NCBI GenBank assembly: GCA_965238005.1
Contig: OZ250165.1
Coordinates: forward strand, 320,001-384,000
Reading direction: 5' to 3'
Source: Longimicrobiales bacterium
GTDB lineage: Bacteria; Gemmatimonadota; Gemmatimonadetes; Longimicrobiales; Gaopeijiaceae
DNA length: 64,000 nt
Below, piece after piece: positions 41,147-52,190 of this stretch. Position numbers and translations under genes: made by a program. The notes under the pieces are model-generated. The model was not told where the DNA came from and searched no databases. It saw only the letters and a program-made list of their open reading frames with translations. Position 1 is the stretch's first letter. Each line of letters opens with the position of its first letter.

Positions 41147-41340
41147 CTATTCCACCATCACCTGCTTGACCGTCTCACTCCAAAACGGCATCGGCAACTC
41201 CCCAGGCTCATCAGTCTCCACCTCGAACTCCTCATGCTCCTGCATCATGCCCGATTGTTCGGGTTGGACAGAGCCAGACCCGAAGCTGCCCCAGGAGGAT
41301 ATGCCTATGCGCTCAAGCTATGGGTGATGCTGAGGTTGGG
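41147..41340 (-). pseudogene. Internally deleted copy of the 42054-42359 gene with its upstream region
   Basis: MMQEHEEFEVETDEPGELPMPFWSETV and the upstream sequence are shared. Confidence 0.8.
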
Positions 41341-41395
41341 CGTTTCGGCTTCGATTCAGTCCCTGCCCGACTGAGACACAGCCCGACGGACTCCT

Positions 41396-41495
41396 CTACA
41401 GCCAGCGCCGTACGGACGCGTTGTATTGAAGATACTCCTCGGCGAACTTCCTCTCCAGGTACCTCTCCTCCCTGGCGATGACGCCAAACGACATT
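41396..41495 (-). pseudogene. Isoprenylcysteine-methyltransferase-family C-terminal stub
   Basis: VIAREERYLERKFAEEYLQYNASVRRWL. Confidence 0.75.
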
Positions 41496-41874
41496 TTCCC
41501 CTTTTCCTCAATCTCGCAGGTGTCCGCCAAATCGGGGGTACTCCACTTCGACCGCGTCAGCCAGAGGTTCGGACTGGCTGCTCCGGGTAACAGTTCGGGT
41601 AACACCCCCCTGGAGGAGGCCACCGTGGCCGCTACCCAGCATGTGCCGTAAGTCGGTGTCCTGCAAAGGGTGGAGGGGGTTGGACTCACACTCACAAACC
41701 CCTTCAGGCATAGGTCATTCAGACCGACGCCGGGGCCGTGGTGCCCTGCCCCCGGTGTGGGGGGGAGATCCCGACAGAGGCCCTGGGGTGCCCCTACTGC
41801 GGCCTGACCGTGAGGCGGCTCTGCCGGTGCGGCTCCCAACTTCGACGAGGGTGGCGCTTCTGCCCTCTGTGCGC

Positions 41875-42000
41875 CGGACGACCAACCGTGGGCAAGAGAA
41901 ACTCGCCATTTCATTAGGCTTTCGGTTTCCCTTCGACCACCAGCAACCGTCAGCAACCGTGAGGTTTGTCACTGACACTGACACTGTTGGGTGGGTCAAC
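41875..42000 (+). repeat. Repeat D (att/arm-site-like); inverted homologue at 58793-58921
   Basis: About 125 bp shared; internal CAGCAACCG and CACTG iterations. Confidence 0.8.
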
Positions 42001-42053
42001 TCGCGCCCCTTCCTATCGAGAGCATCCCGGAACGCGGGTGCCCAGTCGTCACC

Positions 42054-42359
42054 TTACCCAGATTCTTGCATGATCAACAGACTCGTGACTCTTCTGACCG
42101 TCTCACTAGAGAACGGCATCGGCAACTCCCCCAGCTCATCCGTCTCCACCTCGAACTCCTCATGCTCCTGCATCATGCGCAGGAGCCAATCGTGGGCTTC
42201 GCGAGCAGAGTGGATGCCATAGCGAGATGAGAGTCTGAAGCTCACCTCCGTAGGTGCCATGTAGCTGTCGGGATACTCGCACCGGATGGTCAGGCGGGGG
42301 GTGCGAGTCTGCGGCTGAGCTGAGCCAAATCCGAAGCTACCCCAGGAAAATATGCCCAT
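42054..42359 (-). CDS. Multicopy hypothetical protein (repeat B)
   Basis: Degenerate copies at 41147-41310 and 52294-52359. Confidence 0.55.
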   Translation of the reverse strand: MGIFSWGSFGFGSAQPQTRTPRLTIRCEYPDSYMAPTEVSFRLSSRYGIHSAREAHDWLLRMMQEHEEFEVETDELGELPMPFSSETVRRVTSLLIMQESG

Positions 42360-42788
42360 GCGTTCAAGCTATGGGTGATGATGAGGTTGGGCGATGGCTG
42401 GATGGGATGGACGCGAGGCCGCTAGTTCGGCAGTTTGCCGACGATCACCACGCCTTCCATGAAGACGCGAAGCCAGGGGATCTGACGGGTCAATTGGGCA
42501 CCAGCTGGCGAAGCTCCTCGAAGAAGTTCTGGACAGAAAGCCCCGAACGCCGCTGGGACGCTCATTCGTCTCCGCTTCACGTTCTACGGTGACGACGGAG
42601 AGTTGGGAGCGGAGGCCGTCACGGTTTCCGCCCCACCCTCGGAGGAGAGTGCCACGTTTGAGGTCTCGTTCGGGTCTCGAGCCACGGCCTATCGATACGA
42701 ACTGATCCCCTGATGTCGGATCTCCCCATGCCGCACGCCGCATGGGGACCGTGGACGGGCTGCTCGACGCCAGTCCTCTGATGGAGAG

Positions 42789-45404
42789 CTAGCGGTTGCC
42801 CTCAGAGGCTTCAACTCCGGCTGCCGGCGGAGTGACCGTCATATCCAGGCCGTAGACCACAGGGTGGCCGGGGCTGATGGCGCTCGTGGTATCCATGGAG
42901 TAGTTGCCCACCAGTGTGCCAGCCTGCTCATCGAATGTGCCCGAGAACGATACGCTGATGCTCGGCACCCCCGCCACGGTTCCAATGCCTACCGCGGTGA
43001 TCGTGCCGTCCGCCGCGATCGGACCCGAAACTTCGACCCAAGCGCCGCTGCCGCTGAGAGTGATCGTGCCGGGAATGGCCTGCGTCACGGCGACCGCTAC
43101 CGCGGCGGGTGCTCTTGCGGCACCAGCCGGTGGAGCAGGGGTGGAGCACGACCATGCGCTGACATCGCCGGACTCGAACCCGTCGGTAAATATCGGATCG
43201 ATGGCGACAAAGGGTATAGCTGGGCCGGTGCCGGCCATTCCGCCGGTTCCTTGCGAGAGCCCGCGCCCCATAGCCCCGCCGTTTCCGCCCGGCCCGATGG
43301 TCAGCGTGCCGGGAGCGCCGAAGAAGAAGTCATTGAGCGGATCGGCTTGGTTAAAGCCCCAGTCTCCCCAAATGCCGTTCAAGTCGCCGCCGTTGCCCCC
43401 GGCGAAACCGGGCCCGCCGCCCTCCCCCACGATCTCCTCGAACAGGTGGTACGGGATACCGATCGTACCTGCGTTTACCATTTGGTTATCACTGCCGTCC
43501 GTGTCGGTGATCACTCGGATGGTGCCGTCGAGGTCGAATATCTCGATGACGGGGCAGTTCGGGAATGCATTCCCACCGTTTCCTCCACTCACGAACGCGT
43601 CGCCTCCTGGGGCGCCAGGTCCCCCAAACGCGTGGCCGCCGGCTCCACCGGAGGCAAAGCCATCCCCTCCGTCGAGCCCGGGACCAAAGAGGTCGCTCCC
43701 GTCCGCACCGTTGATGGCCATCGCGTCACCGGTCCCCCCGATTCCTCCGACTCCGATACCGGGCGCGAACCCTGGCCCGGTTGGAGCCATGCCCGAATGC
43801 CCGCCGGGTCCGCCCGTGGCGTTCGCGAAAGGGAAAAAGTCGGGAGGCAGGGAGGCGTCGCGTGGGAAACCGCCCGGCGGGACCGAAAAAGCGTCTCCGC
43901 CCGGGAATCCGTCGCCGGGGTTCGCATTGATCGGCGTTGCCAACTCGACCTCAAGCACGCCGTCAAAGACGACACTCCCGCCGTCACCACCAGCGCCTCC
44001 GAAGGAGTTGGTGTGCGGCAGCACGCCGACGTTGACGTCCCAAAGACCAGTAGACTTACCTGATCCAGCTGCCCCGCCATCCCCAGCATCGAACCGAACT
44101 TCGATCGGGTCCACCGACTGGAGTGACAGGGCGACGATCTAGATCGGCACCACGTTGATGTTGCCTCCCGACCCCCCGTTAGCCCCTCGAGAGACGACCG
44201 TTCCGTCGGTGCCCTCGACATCCGACGAGCCAGCCGCGCCGCCGTTCTGAGCCTGGACCGTCGTCCCGCCGAGAAAGAGAATGTTGGCGACTTGGATGAG
44301 GACGTTCTGGCCGTCTTGCCCGGCGGTGGGTACTTCGCCGCTCAACCCGGGCGGTGCATTGATTGGGTCGTGCCGCACCGTGGTTCCCACGAGGGAGACG
44401 GTGCGCACCCCGGCCGCGCTGGTACGGCCGGGAGCCGAGGCGGATGCGGATGCCGTGGAGTTGCCGATCGTGATATCACCCGAGCTGGTGATGATCGCCG
44501 CGTCGAGATTGACGATCCCCTGCCCTACGATCAGAAGTGCCGGTGGCTCCTCGTCGGCTGACGTTACCGAGCACGCATTGCTGAACGTCCCCGAGATGGT
44601 GATGTCGGCCTGGCCGTTCAGCGACAGCCCCAGGCAATCCCCCGAGACGTCCCCGGCGATCGTCACCGCTCCCTCGGCGTCGATCACCGCGTCGTCGGTC
44701 AGGGTGACCGTCACGCCGGCCGCCACGGTCATCGTGGCCACCTCGACCGTACCACCCAGCGTGGCGTCGGCGGTCGGTATGAAATCGCCCCGGACCACCG
44801 TCAGGTCGGACGTTCCGCTCGCCCCGTCCTGCGACGCTGTGATGACCACCGGCCCCGAGCGGAGCCCCGACACCAGGCCCGTGGCGTCCACAGTCGCGAT
44901 GGCCTCATCGGACGACGCCCAAGCGAGGTTGGGCGCAGCCAGCGCGGTGCCGCCTGCGTCCTGCACGGTCGCGGATAACTGAAGCGTTTGGCCCGCCGTT
45001 ACGATCCCCGCCGGGGACGTGACGGCGATGCTTGCAGCCGTCTGTGCCACGGTCACGTTGGCCGACCCGGACGCGGTGGCGCCGCTCGCCGTGGCTGTCA
45101 CTGTGGCCGTTCCGTTCGCTACGGCCGTCACGAGCCCGTTGGAGTCGACCGTGACCGCAGAGGGATTCGAGCTGGCCCACGAGAACACGGTTCCAGGCAC
45201 GCTCGCTCCGCTGGTGCTGGTGGCCGAGGCGGAGAGCTGGGTCGTGGCTCCCAGACTGTTCAGCGTCGCCGTGCCCGGGCTCACTTGAACCGACGCAACG
45301 GTGTCTACGGGCGGGGTGACGCTGTCGTCCCCACCACCGCATGAGGCGATGAGGGTAGCGAGCAGGACGGGGGCGATCAGACGGAGGGGGGCGAACGGTC
45401 TCAT
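42789..45404 (-). pseudogene. Large surface lipoprotein (Ig-like Big_2 domains, Gly-rich region) with one in-frame TAG at 44139-44141
   Basis: Lipobox IASC; two WASSxxxxxTVDxxGLV Ig repeats; both ORFs share a frame; internal DPIFTDGFESGD motif. Confidence 0.75.
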
Positions 45405-45525
45405 CGGATAACGCTCCAATGGTTGGCTGGAAACTTCCCAGTGCTTCTCTAGCCCTTCCACCAGGCTCACGGGCCTACAGCTCTTTCTAGTACCACAGCG
45501 CATCAGATCGGGCAAGAGGCGGGAG

Positions 45526-46117
45526 GGATAGGCCATTCAAAGGCCCTGGGCCGAGTTCAGCATCCTCCTCGGGCGAGCCGAGGCACCCCAAGGACATCCC
45601 CTTGCGAGGCCGTGCCCATGCCAAGGTGCATTCTCACCGTTCGCCCATCAAGGATGTGACGAGCGGATGCGTGGATGGGCAAGAGATGCCGAACGGATCC
45701 GACCCCGCGTCGGGGACGGCAGGTCCGTGGTGCGTCGGTCTATGTCTCAGTCGGGCAGCGACTGATCGAACTCGAGGGCACCGCGCGAAGCGTGGTCGGG
45801 AATGGGTTCCGGATCGGCGGGGTCGAACCCGCCGGTCTGATCGAACTCGAAGATGCCCGACCACGCTTTGCGTGGTGCCCGCGGCGCCCGAGCCGCAGAC
45901 AGTGGAGGGGATCGGGTGGGGAGATCGAGGTAGGACAGAATGGAGCGAACGGGAACGGGATCGGTGACGAAGGCGATGATGCTCATCGAAGCACCGCGAC
46001 CACGCTTCGCGCGGTGCCCCCAGGCAGACCAGCGGCAGGACATCGTAGATACGCGCGATGAGGGAGGCCCAGCGTGAGGACGTGCGGCGGCCCGGGGCGC
46101 CGCCTGACGAACCCGCG
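45526..46117 (-). mobile_element. IS91/ISCR-like remnant, close copy of 30852-31427
   Basis: Same C-terminus; end AGGGCCTTTGAATGGCCTATCC. Confidence 0.8.
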
Positions 46118-46551
46118 GCGGACTGAGCGCCGAGCTGCCCCGAGGGCGACGCCTCTACACCACCCTGCTCACGCCCGAGCGCGATGACCTGATACCTGAG
46201 CCTGGGACCCACCTTCGGTGGGTCTTGATTGGACGCCGCCTCCCGCTTCCCACACATCGCCATCGGTCTAACGTGGACTCTGCCCCTCACCCGAGCCCGG
46301 AGCTAACTGCCCCGGCCTCTCACGGCCCCATTTGGGGCCGCGGCAAGTTGTGTCGAACGCCCCGACCCTCCCTTGTTCACGTTCACCAACTTCCGGCGGC
46401 AAAGGCGAGACGGTTACCTTCGGGGGACACGCGAAAGAATTCGTCGGCCTTCTAGGCCCACGTTGAGGCGAGGGACGGGATCGGACATCGGTTCGAACGG
46501 CGATCCTATGACTGACCCTCTCACCTCTTACTTCTCACCTCTCACCGTCAG

Positions 46552-46620
46552 GGTGGCTGAGGGGACTTGAACCCCCAACCTCCGGAGCCACAGTCCGGCG
46601 CTCTAACCAGTTGAGCTACA
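46552..46620 (-). tRNA. tRNA-His(GTG) lacking its first ~6 nt (pseudo-tRNA)
   Basis: TAGCTCAACTGGTTAGAGC D arm, CCGGA-CTGTGGC-TCCGG anticodon arm, GGTTCAAGTCC T arm, CAGCCAC-C 3' strand; the 5' GGTGGC is replaced by TATCCT. Confidence 0.88.
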
Positions 46621-46643
46621 AGGATAGGCAGTCTAAAGACCCT
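46621..46643 (-). mobile_element. Solo IS91-like ori-type end
   Basis: AGGGTCTTTAGACTGCCTATCCT versus AGGGTCCTTAGAATCCCTATCCT at 31405. Confidence 0.7.
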
Positions 46644-46698
46644 ACGGACTGGACGAGCAACGTCCTCCAAGGCTGCAGACTGGATCCACGTGGTGGGA

Positions 46699-47202
46699 TC
46701 AGCCTCTGCCCCCAAGTAGTTCCTGCGCCTCGTCCCCGGTAAGCCCCACTTCGGCCACTTCCGCGCTGGCGTCGGCCAATGACCGCTCCTCCGCCATTCT
46801 GGCCAGCATCAGTGAACCGGACGCTGAGACCGCGCCCAGGAAGGTCACAGCACCGACTATTGCGGCGGCCTCAACAACACTCGCCGCCCCCACAGCAACG
46901 AGGGCTGCCGGAAACAGACCCAGAAGGAGACCCCCGAGCGCCCCCCACGCCGCGAATCGGGGAAGCGACAACTCATCGAATCTGCGACGGCGCCCTGCAA
47001 TCCCGAGCACCGTGGAGAAGACCAAACCGCCTAGGAAGGCGGGGTACGCTAGCGCCGCCGGCCAGATATCAACGAGCGACCCAAGCGGATTCGGCCAGAC
47101 GTTGTGGATCACCTCTATACCGAACCCGACGAGCGCCCATCCGGCCGCCCAGGTCAGGCCCATCCCAACTGCTGCCCGGATGCGCGTCAGCCACTTCTTC
47201 AT
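46699..47202 (-). CDS. Four-helix membrane protein
   Basis: GGGAGG RBS; MKKWLTRIRAAVGMGLTWA..RRRFDELSLPRFAAWG. Confidence 0.75.
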   Translation of the reverse strand: MKKWLTRIRAAVGMGLTWAAGWALVGFGIEVIHNVWPNPLGSLVDIWPAALAYPAFLGGLVFSTVLGIAGRRRRFDELSLPRFAAWGALGGLLLGLFPAALVAVGAASVVEAAAIVGAVTFLGAVSASGSLMLARMAEERSLADASAEVAEVGLTGDEAQELLGGRG

Positions 47203-47224
47203 GACTACCTCCCCTCCCGCAAGC

Positions 47225-47730
47225 CTACCCCGCACCTAGGCTGCGCGATTCGTCGCCAGACTTCAGCGCAGGTCCTGCTCTTCGGGCGAGCATTAGGGTC
47301 GCTGTGGCCGATCCGCCACCCAAGAGTACGAAGATCGTCGCGTTGGCTAGGGCGGTCGAGACGGACCACGCCTGCCAGGCGTTTATGGCAAGAACCCCAA
47401 AGAGGAGAAGCCCGCCTCCAGCACCCAGCGCGGCGAAGCGGGGGAGCGAGAGCTTGCCGAACGGACGGCCGCGTGCTGTGATCGCCAGAAAACCAGAGAA
47501 GGCCACACCGAAACTCGGATCCGTAATGGTCAATCCTCCGAAGAAGCGGCCCCCGATGGTGTGCGCCCCGCTTATCATCCCCTGGGCTTCAAGTGCGGCC
47601 AGGGGTCGGCTGAACTCCTCGTAGAACTCGCGGGGGAACTCAAGGTGGGTCTTGTCCTCCGCCTTCAAGGCCGCATAGAGATGCCTCGACACCTCCTGCA
47701 CTTGAGGATCGAGGGTGCTAATCGGATCTT
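47225..47730 (-). pseudogene. Chimeric ORF: unrelated fragment fused to the C-half of a paralog of 46699-47202
   Basis: RPFGKLSLPRFAALG..LMLARRA matches the neighbour only below about 47510. Confidence 0.55.
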
Positions 47731-47836
47731 CTAGTCTCCTGACGCCAGCCCGACTGGGTTGCGCGGAGGGCACCGTGAAGGCCTCGCTGCATCACGCATT
47801 GAAGAAACTACGCGAACCGATGGAGGTGTGGACTCG

Positions 47837-48271
47837 ATGAGCCCTTGCATAGACGTGGGAGAACTGGTCGGCGTAGGTGCTGCTGTCGGCTGGGAGGTAG
47901 ACCGGCTGATCGAGCACCTCCAAGCGTGCGATGGCTGTCGCACAGAGCTCCGCGAGCTGGCGACGGTGCGTATCGCGTTGACCGCGGAGGTAGAGCCACG
48001 CCCGGGATTCATCGACGAGGTAATGGGGGCCTTAGGCCCGGCTTCAACGTTCGACTCCAGAGCCGAGAGACGGACAGGCCTGCTCGGCTCCGTAGCCTCA
48101 TTCTCCGTCACCGCGATACTGGCCGGCGGCACCGCGATCCTTGCGGTCGCCACAGTATCATCGGCCTCAGCCCCCGTCGGGCTCCCAACCATGGTACTCG
48201 CCGCGACGATTGCGTCACTCGGCGCGGGGTCCTGGAGTGTGTTCAGCCATAGGCAGGCCGAGGCAAGATGA
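47837..48271 (+). CDS. Putative zinc-binding anti-sigma factor
   Basis: HLQACDGC (HxxxCxxC) plus two TM helices; no sigma gene adjacent. Confidence 0.6.
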   Translation: MSPCIDVGELVGVGAAVGWEVDRLIEHLQACDGCRTELRELATVRIALTAEVEPRPGFIDEVMGALGPASTFDSRAERRTGLLGSVASFSVTAILAGGTAILAVATVSSASAPVGLPTMVLAATIASLGAGSWSVFSHRQAEAR

Positions 48272-48406
48272 ACCGAATGACTGAAGTGCCGATAACCACC
48301 GAGCCCGGCTAAGCGGACCTGACGACGACTACAGCCTCCTTCGGTAGCTCGCCATGATGCCGGGAATGCGCAACGCCAGGGCTCCTTAGCTCTTTATGAG
48401 GTTGTC

Positions 48407-49116
48407 ATGGGGATCAGACGTGATCTGTTGTATGCAATCCGCTCATTGAGCCGAGCCCCTGCGTTCACCTTACCCGCGGTTGCTTCGCTGGCGCTAGGCA
48501 TCGCCATCAACACGACGATGTTCAGCGTGGTCAACTCCGTGCTCCTGAGGCCGCTAGGGTCGTTCGGCACCAGCGATCTGGTACGGATCGGCCGCTCCAC
48601 CGTGGGCGAGGAGCAATTCCGATCATCGTCCTACGACGAGTTTACATACCTGCGCGAGCACGCCTCGTCGCTCGCTAGCCTGGCGGGCCACCAGTTGGAG
48701 CCCCTCATCATGGACGGGCCCGACGATTCGCAAGTCGTGTCGGCCGAGATCGTGGCAGGTGATTATTTCTCGGTGCTGGGCGTTCCACCGATTCTAGGCC
48801 GCGGCTTCGTCGCTGAATACGGCGTCCCTGGTGAAGATCCCGTTGTGGTCATCAGCGATCGCTTTTGGCGCAGCCAATTTGGCGCAGATCCAGTGATCTC
48901 AGGGCGCACAGCGTCGCTCAACAACGTCCAGTTCACGATTGTTGGCGTAGGACCGCCCGGTTTTATCGGCACCTTTCCCGGCGTATCCGTCGATCTTTGG
49001 CTGCCTGTGTCGATGACGGATGCCCTCAGGCCTCGCGCGAATCGTCGCGTATCTATGGACCTAATAGGTCATCTGAAGGAGGGCGTCTGAATCGCGACGG
49101 CTCGGGCCGAACTAGA
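48407..49116 (+). pseudogene. MacB/ADOP-type ABC permease, 5' fragment
   Basis: RDLLYAIRSLSRAPAFT..LALGIAINTTMFSVVN; GHLKEGV*IATARAELE ends at the element end. Confidence 0.85.
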
Positions 49117-49139
49117 GATAGGCCATTCAAAGGCCCTGG
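49117..49139 (-). mobile_element. Solo IS91-like ori-type end
   Basis: GATAGGCCATTCAAAGGCCCTGG, identical to 45527-45549. Confidence 0.75.
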
Positions 49140-49231
49140 CGCAGCCGTTGCGGCCGGGGAGCAATTCTTCGCGTCGATTCAACGCGGAACTGGATCCGGA
49201 CGGATCCCATGCCGAGCGGCTTGTCGCCGGC

Positions 49232-50722
49232 CTAGCGGGAGCCCTCGCCCCAGGGAAGAAGGGAGCGAAATGAGAAGGTTGGCCGCACGCCCACTTTGAC
49301 GGTCGCAATCACCCTGTTCGTCGCGACCTCGATCACCGACAGATCGTTGGAGCCCGAGTTCGCCACGTAGGCGAAGGCTCCGTTCGGCGTTATGGCCACG
49401 TCGATCGGGCTCATGCCTACGGCGACGGTGCTCAGTACACGGTTTGTGGCCGTCTCGATGACGGTCACCGAGTCGGCGAACTGATCCGTCACGTAGACGT
49501 GGGAGCCGTCCGGGGTGACGGCGACTCCACTAGGATAGGAGCCCACGTGGACTCTGCCGACCACGCTCCGGCTCTGGGTCGAGATTACGGAGACCGTGTT
49601 GGAGCCGCGATTCGCCACGTAGGCGAAAGCCCCGTCCGGTGTGAAGGCAACGCCGAGGGGCCTGCGCCCGACTCGAATCGTATCGATCACGGAGTTCGTC
49701 GCCGTCTCGATCACTGACACCCCGCACCTCCCGAACCACGTCCCCGGTGTGCAACTACCGAAGAAGTCCGTGACGTAGACAAAGGCCCCGTCAGGTGAGA
49801 TGGCCACCTCCTCAGTCGGGGAGCCGACGCGGATCGTGGCGACGATGGCGTTTCCGGCCGTCCCGATCACCGAGACGGAGTCGGAGGCTACGTAGACGAA
49901 TGCGCCGTCCGGCGTGACGGCGACTCCACGAGGATCGGAGCTCACGCGCACCTTCCCCACCACGCGCTTCGTCGCGGTTTCTATCACCGAGACCGTGTTG
50001 GCGCTCCAGTTCGCCGCGTAAGCGAAGGCGCCATCCGGCGTGATAGCGACTCCACGAGGATCGGAGCCCACGCGCACCGTCCCCACCACGCGGTGGGTCG
50101 CCGTCTCGATCACCGAGACGGAGTGAGACCGTGTATCTCCGGCGTAGACAAACGAGCCGTCCGGCGCGATCGCGACGCCTTCGGGCCCGGTACGGTATTC
50201 CGAGTCCCCGTCATCGCTGCAAGATTGTCTGGGGTCGCCCGCCTCGGGACGGGAGCCGGGCGGACCATCCGCACCGAACGAGCACGTCTGCGTGATCGCG
50301 CGGTGGGCGACGGTGGCGTGCCAGCCCCGGGCATCCGCGCAATCGATCTCGATCGTCATTCTGCCCTCGCTCTCTAGATCGGGGTCAGGCAGCAGCCGCG
50401 CGAGAGTGTCGAGGTTGGTCGTGTAGACATCGTGCTCGGAGAAATAGAGCGACTCGGCGACGGCCACCTGACGGAGCGTGGAGCGCATCACGCTTCTGTA
50501 GGCACGCTGCCTCCCATCGTAGCCGGGACGCATGTTGATGACCACCACGAGCATCAAGGCGACCAGCAGGATAGTCGTTACCGCAGCGACCTTGATGATT
50601 CGACGCACCGCCCGCCATCGAGACACTCGACTACCTCGCCCTTGTTCGCGTCGCGCGGGGCATCGGCGTTCTTGTGGTTTCCATAGGTACGTCACTCCAA
50701 AATCGATGGCGCGTGTCGACAC
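49232..50722 (-). CDS. Pilin-like N-terminal domain fused to a YVTN/YncE beta-propeller (start uncertain)
   Basis: TM helix, AYRSVMRSTLRQVAVAESLYF..Y; seven PxxVAxxPxG..YV..VSVI repeats. Confidence 0.8.
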   Translation of the reverse strand: MSTRAIDFGVTYLWKPQERRCPARREQGRGSRVSRWRAVRRIIKVAAVTTILLVALMLVVVINMRPGYDGRQRAYRSVMRSTLRQVAVAESLYFSEHDVYTTNLDTLARLLPDPDLESEGRMTIEIDCADARGWHATVAHRAITQTCSFGADGPPGSRPEAGDPRQSCSDDGDSEYRTGPEGVAIAPDGSFVYAGDTRSHSVSVIETATHRVVGTVRVGSDPRGVAITPDGAFAYAANWSANTVSVIETATKRVVGKVRVSSDPRGVAVTPDGAFVYVASDSVSVIGTAGNAIVATIRVGSPTEEVAISPDGAFVYVTDFFGSCTPGTWFGRCGVSVIETATNSVIDTIRVGRRPLGVAFTPDGAFAYVANRGSNTVSVISTQSRSVVGRVHVGSYPSGVAVTPDGSHVYVTDQFADSVTVIETATNRVLSTVAVGMSPIDVAITPNGAFAYVANSGSNDLSVIEVATNRVIATVKVGVRPTFSFRSLLPWGEGSR

Positions 50723-50781
50723 TACAACGATTCACCCTTCATGCCTTGGCGGACAAGCCAGAACTCGTCCGGGAGGTGGCC

Positions 50782-51435
50782 TGTGGGTGGCGAAAACCTC
50801 GTCTGCTGCGAGATTACTGGCCTTTCGCGGTTCGGTGAGAGCAGGCGTCGATGTGGGATTGGGTACGTATCGCGGCGTGGAGCGTCGTTTCAGCGCTGAA
50901 GAGTCGACGGGAGCTCGCGCTTGAGAACGTCGCGCTGCGCCACCAGCTGATGGTGCTGCAGCGGCAGCCCGGGAGGTTACGGCTCAAGGACCGTGACCGG
51001 CTCTTCTGGATCTGCCTGCGCCGTCGCTCGCCTGGTTGGCACCGAGCCCTCGTCCTCGTTCAGCCGGCTACCGTCGTGACGTGGCACCGCGATGGGTTCC
51101 GCGCCTATTGGCGTTGGAAGAGCCGGCCCACCGGTGGCCGGCCGAGGATCGATCGCGAAGTATGGGAGTTGATCCGCGACATGTGGCGCTCGAATCCTAC
51201 CTGGGGCAAGCCGCGCATCCAGGCCGAGCTGCGCAAGATCGGGATCGAAGTCAGCGACTTCACGGTTGGGCGGTACCGGCCACCTCGAGGCAATCCGCCC
51301 TCTCAAAGTTGGCGTGCGTTCTTGGACAACCACGTCGGGGACATCGTCGCGATCGACTTCTTCGTGGTTCCAACGGCGACGTTCCGCGTCCTCTACGTTT
51401 TCCTCGTCATGCCCGACGATCGGCGTCGCATCGTC
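50782..51435 (+). mobile_element. Integrase-core (rve) transposase remnant, 3' truncated
   Basis: LENVALRHQL, NPTWGKPRIQAEL, AIDFFVVPT; TGT-starting left end. Confidence 0.8.
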
Positions 51436-51731
51436 ATGTGCTCAAGTCTGAAAAGGCCCAGCCAGATGCCCGCCCCGCAGCGGAGCCTCCGCTGTGAAAG
51501 TCCTCGCACACCCGTGAGACACGCCCCGGAGATCAGCAGATCGATAACTACACGGCCGAGCTGCATACTCGAGCGCCACCTCTCCCGCAGCGACAAGTTC
51601 ATGAATATACGCTGAGATCTAAATGACTGTCCTGCATTAACTTACGGCGCAACACAGGCTGTATATAATGGTTGTTATGTTAAGCTGCTGACCCCGGAAC
51701 CTTCCACCAGAAGCTCGAGCGCGGGCAAACC

Positions 51732-52190
51732 ATGTACGTGAACTGCGACATCAAGCTCGGCGACATCGGAGGCGAGTGCTATCGGAACTACCTCATCAGT
51801 CCCTGGACTCCTGAGCAGAAGCGCATGTGGGAGGTCGTGGCCGAGACCGTCCAGATCCAGGAGGAGGAATCGAAGACCGGTGCGGTCTGCTCGGACATCG
51901 CCGCGAGGATCCATCAGCATCAGGTCGACGCGGGGATGGCGGAGTACATCTACCACCGGGTCGCCCACGGCCAGGGTCAGTTCTTCAGCGGGCACCAACC
52001 GCCTTTCATCGCGCTGGGCGACTACAGCGTGCTTGAAGAGAACATGACGTTCAGCATGGAACCGGGTCTGTTCGACCCGGTGCGCGGCATCGGGATCAAC
52101 CCCAGGGACAACCTCCGCGTCACCGCGGACCGGGGCATTCGGCATTCGAGCGTTCCATTCTCCAAGGAATGGAGCCTCCTGGGGGTGTAG
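51732..52190 (+). pseudogene. M24 (Xaa-Pro) peptidase C-terminal fragment
   Basis: HRVAHGQG, TFSMEPGLF. Confidence 0.75.

Noticed and set aside
41660..41720. tRNA-like string TGGAGGGGGTTGGACTC
   Set aside because: No cloverleaf can be built; at most an eroded att remnant.
49300..50190. Periodic nucleotide repeats resembling a CRISPR or DGR repeat
   Set aside because: They are coding propeller blades with no unique spacers; no cas or reverse transcriptase gene is in the window.
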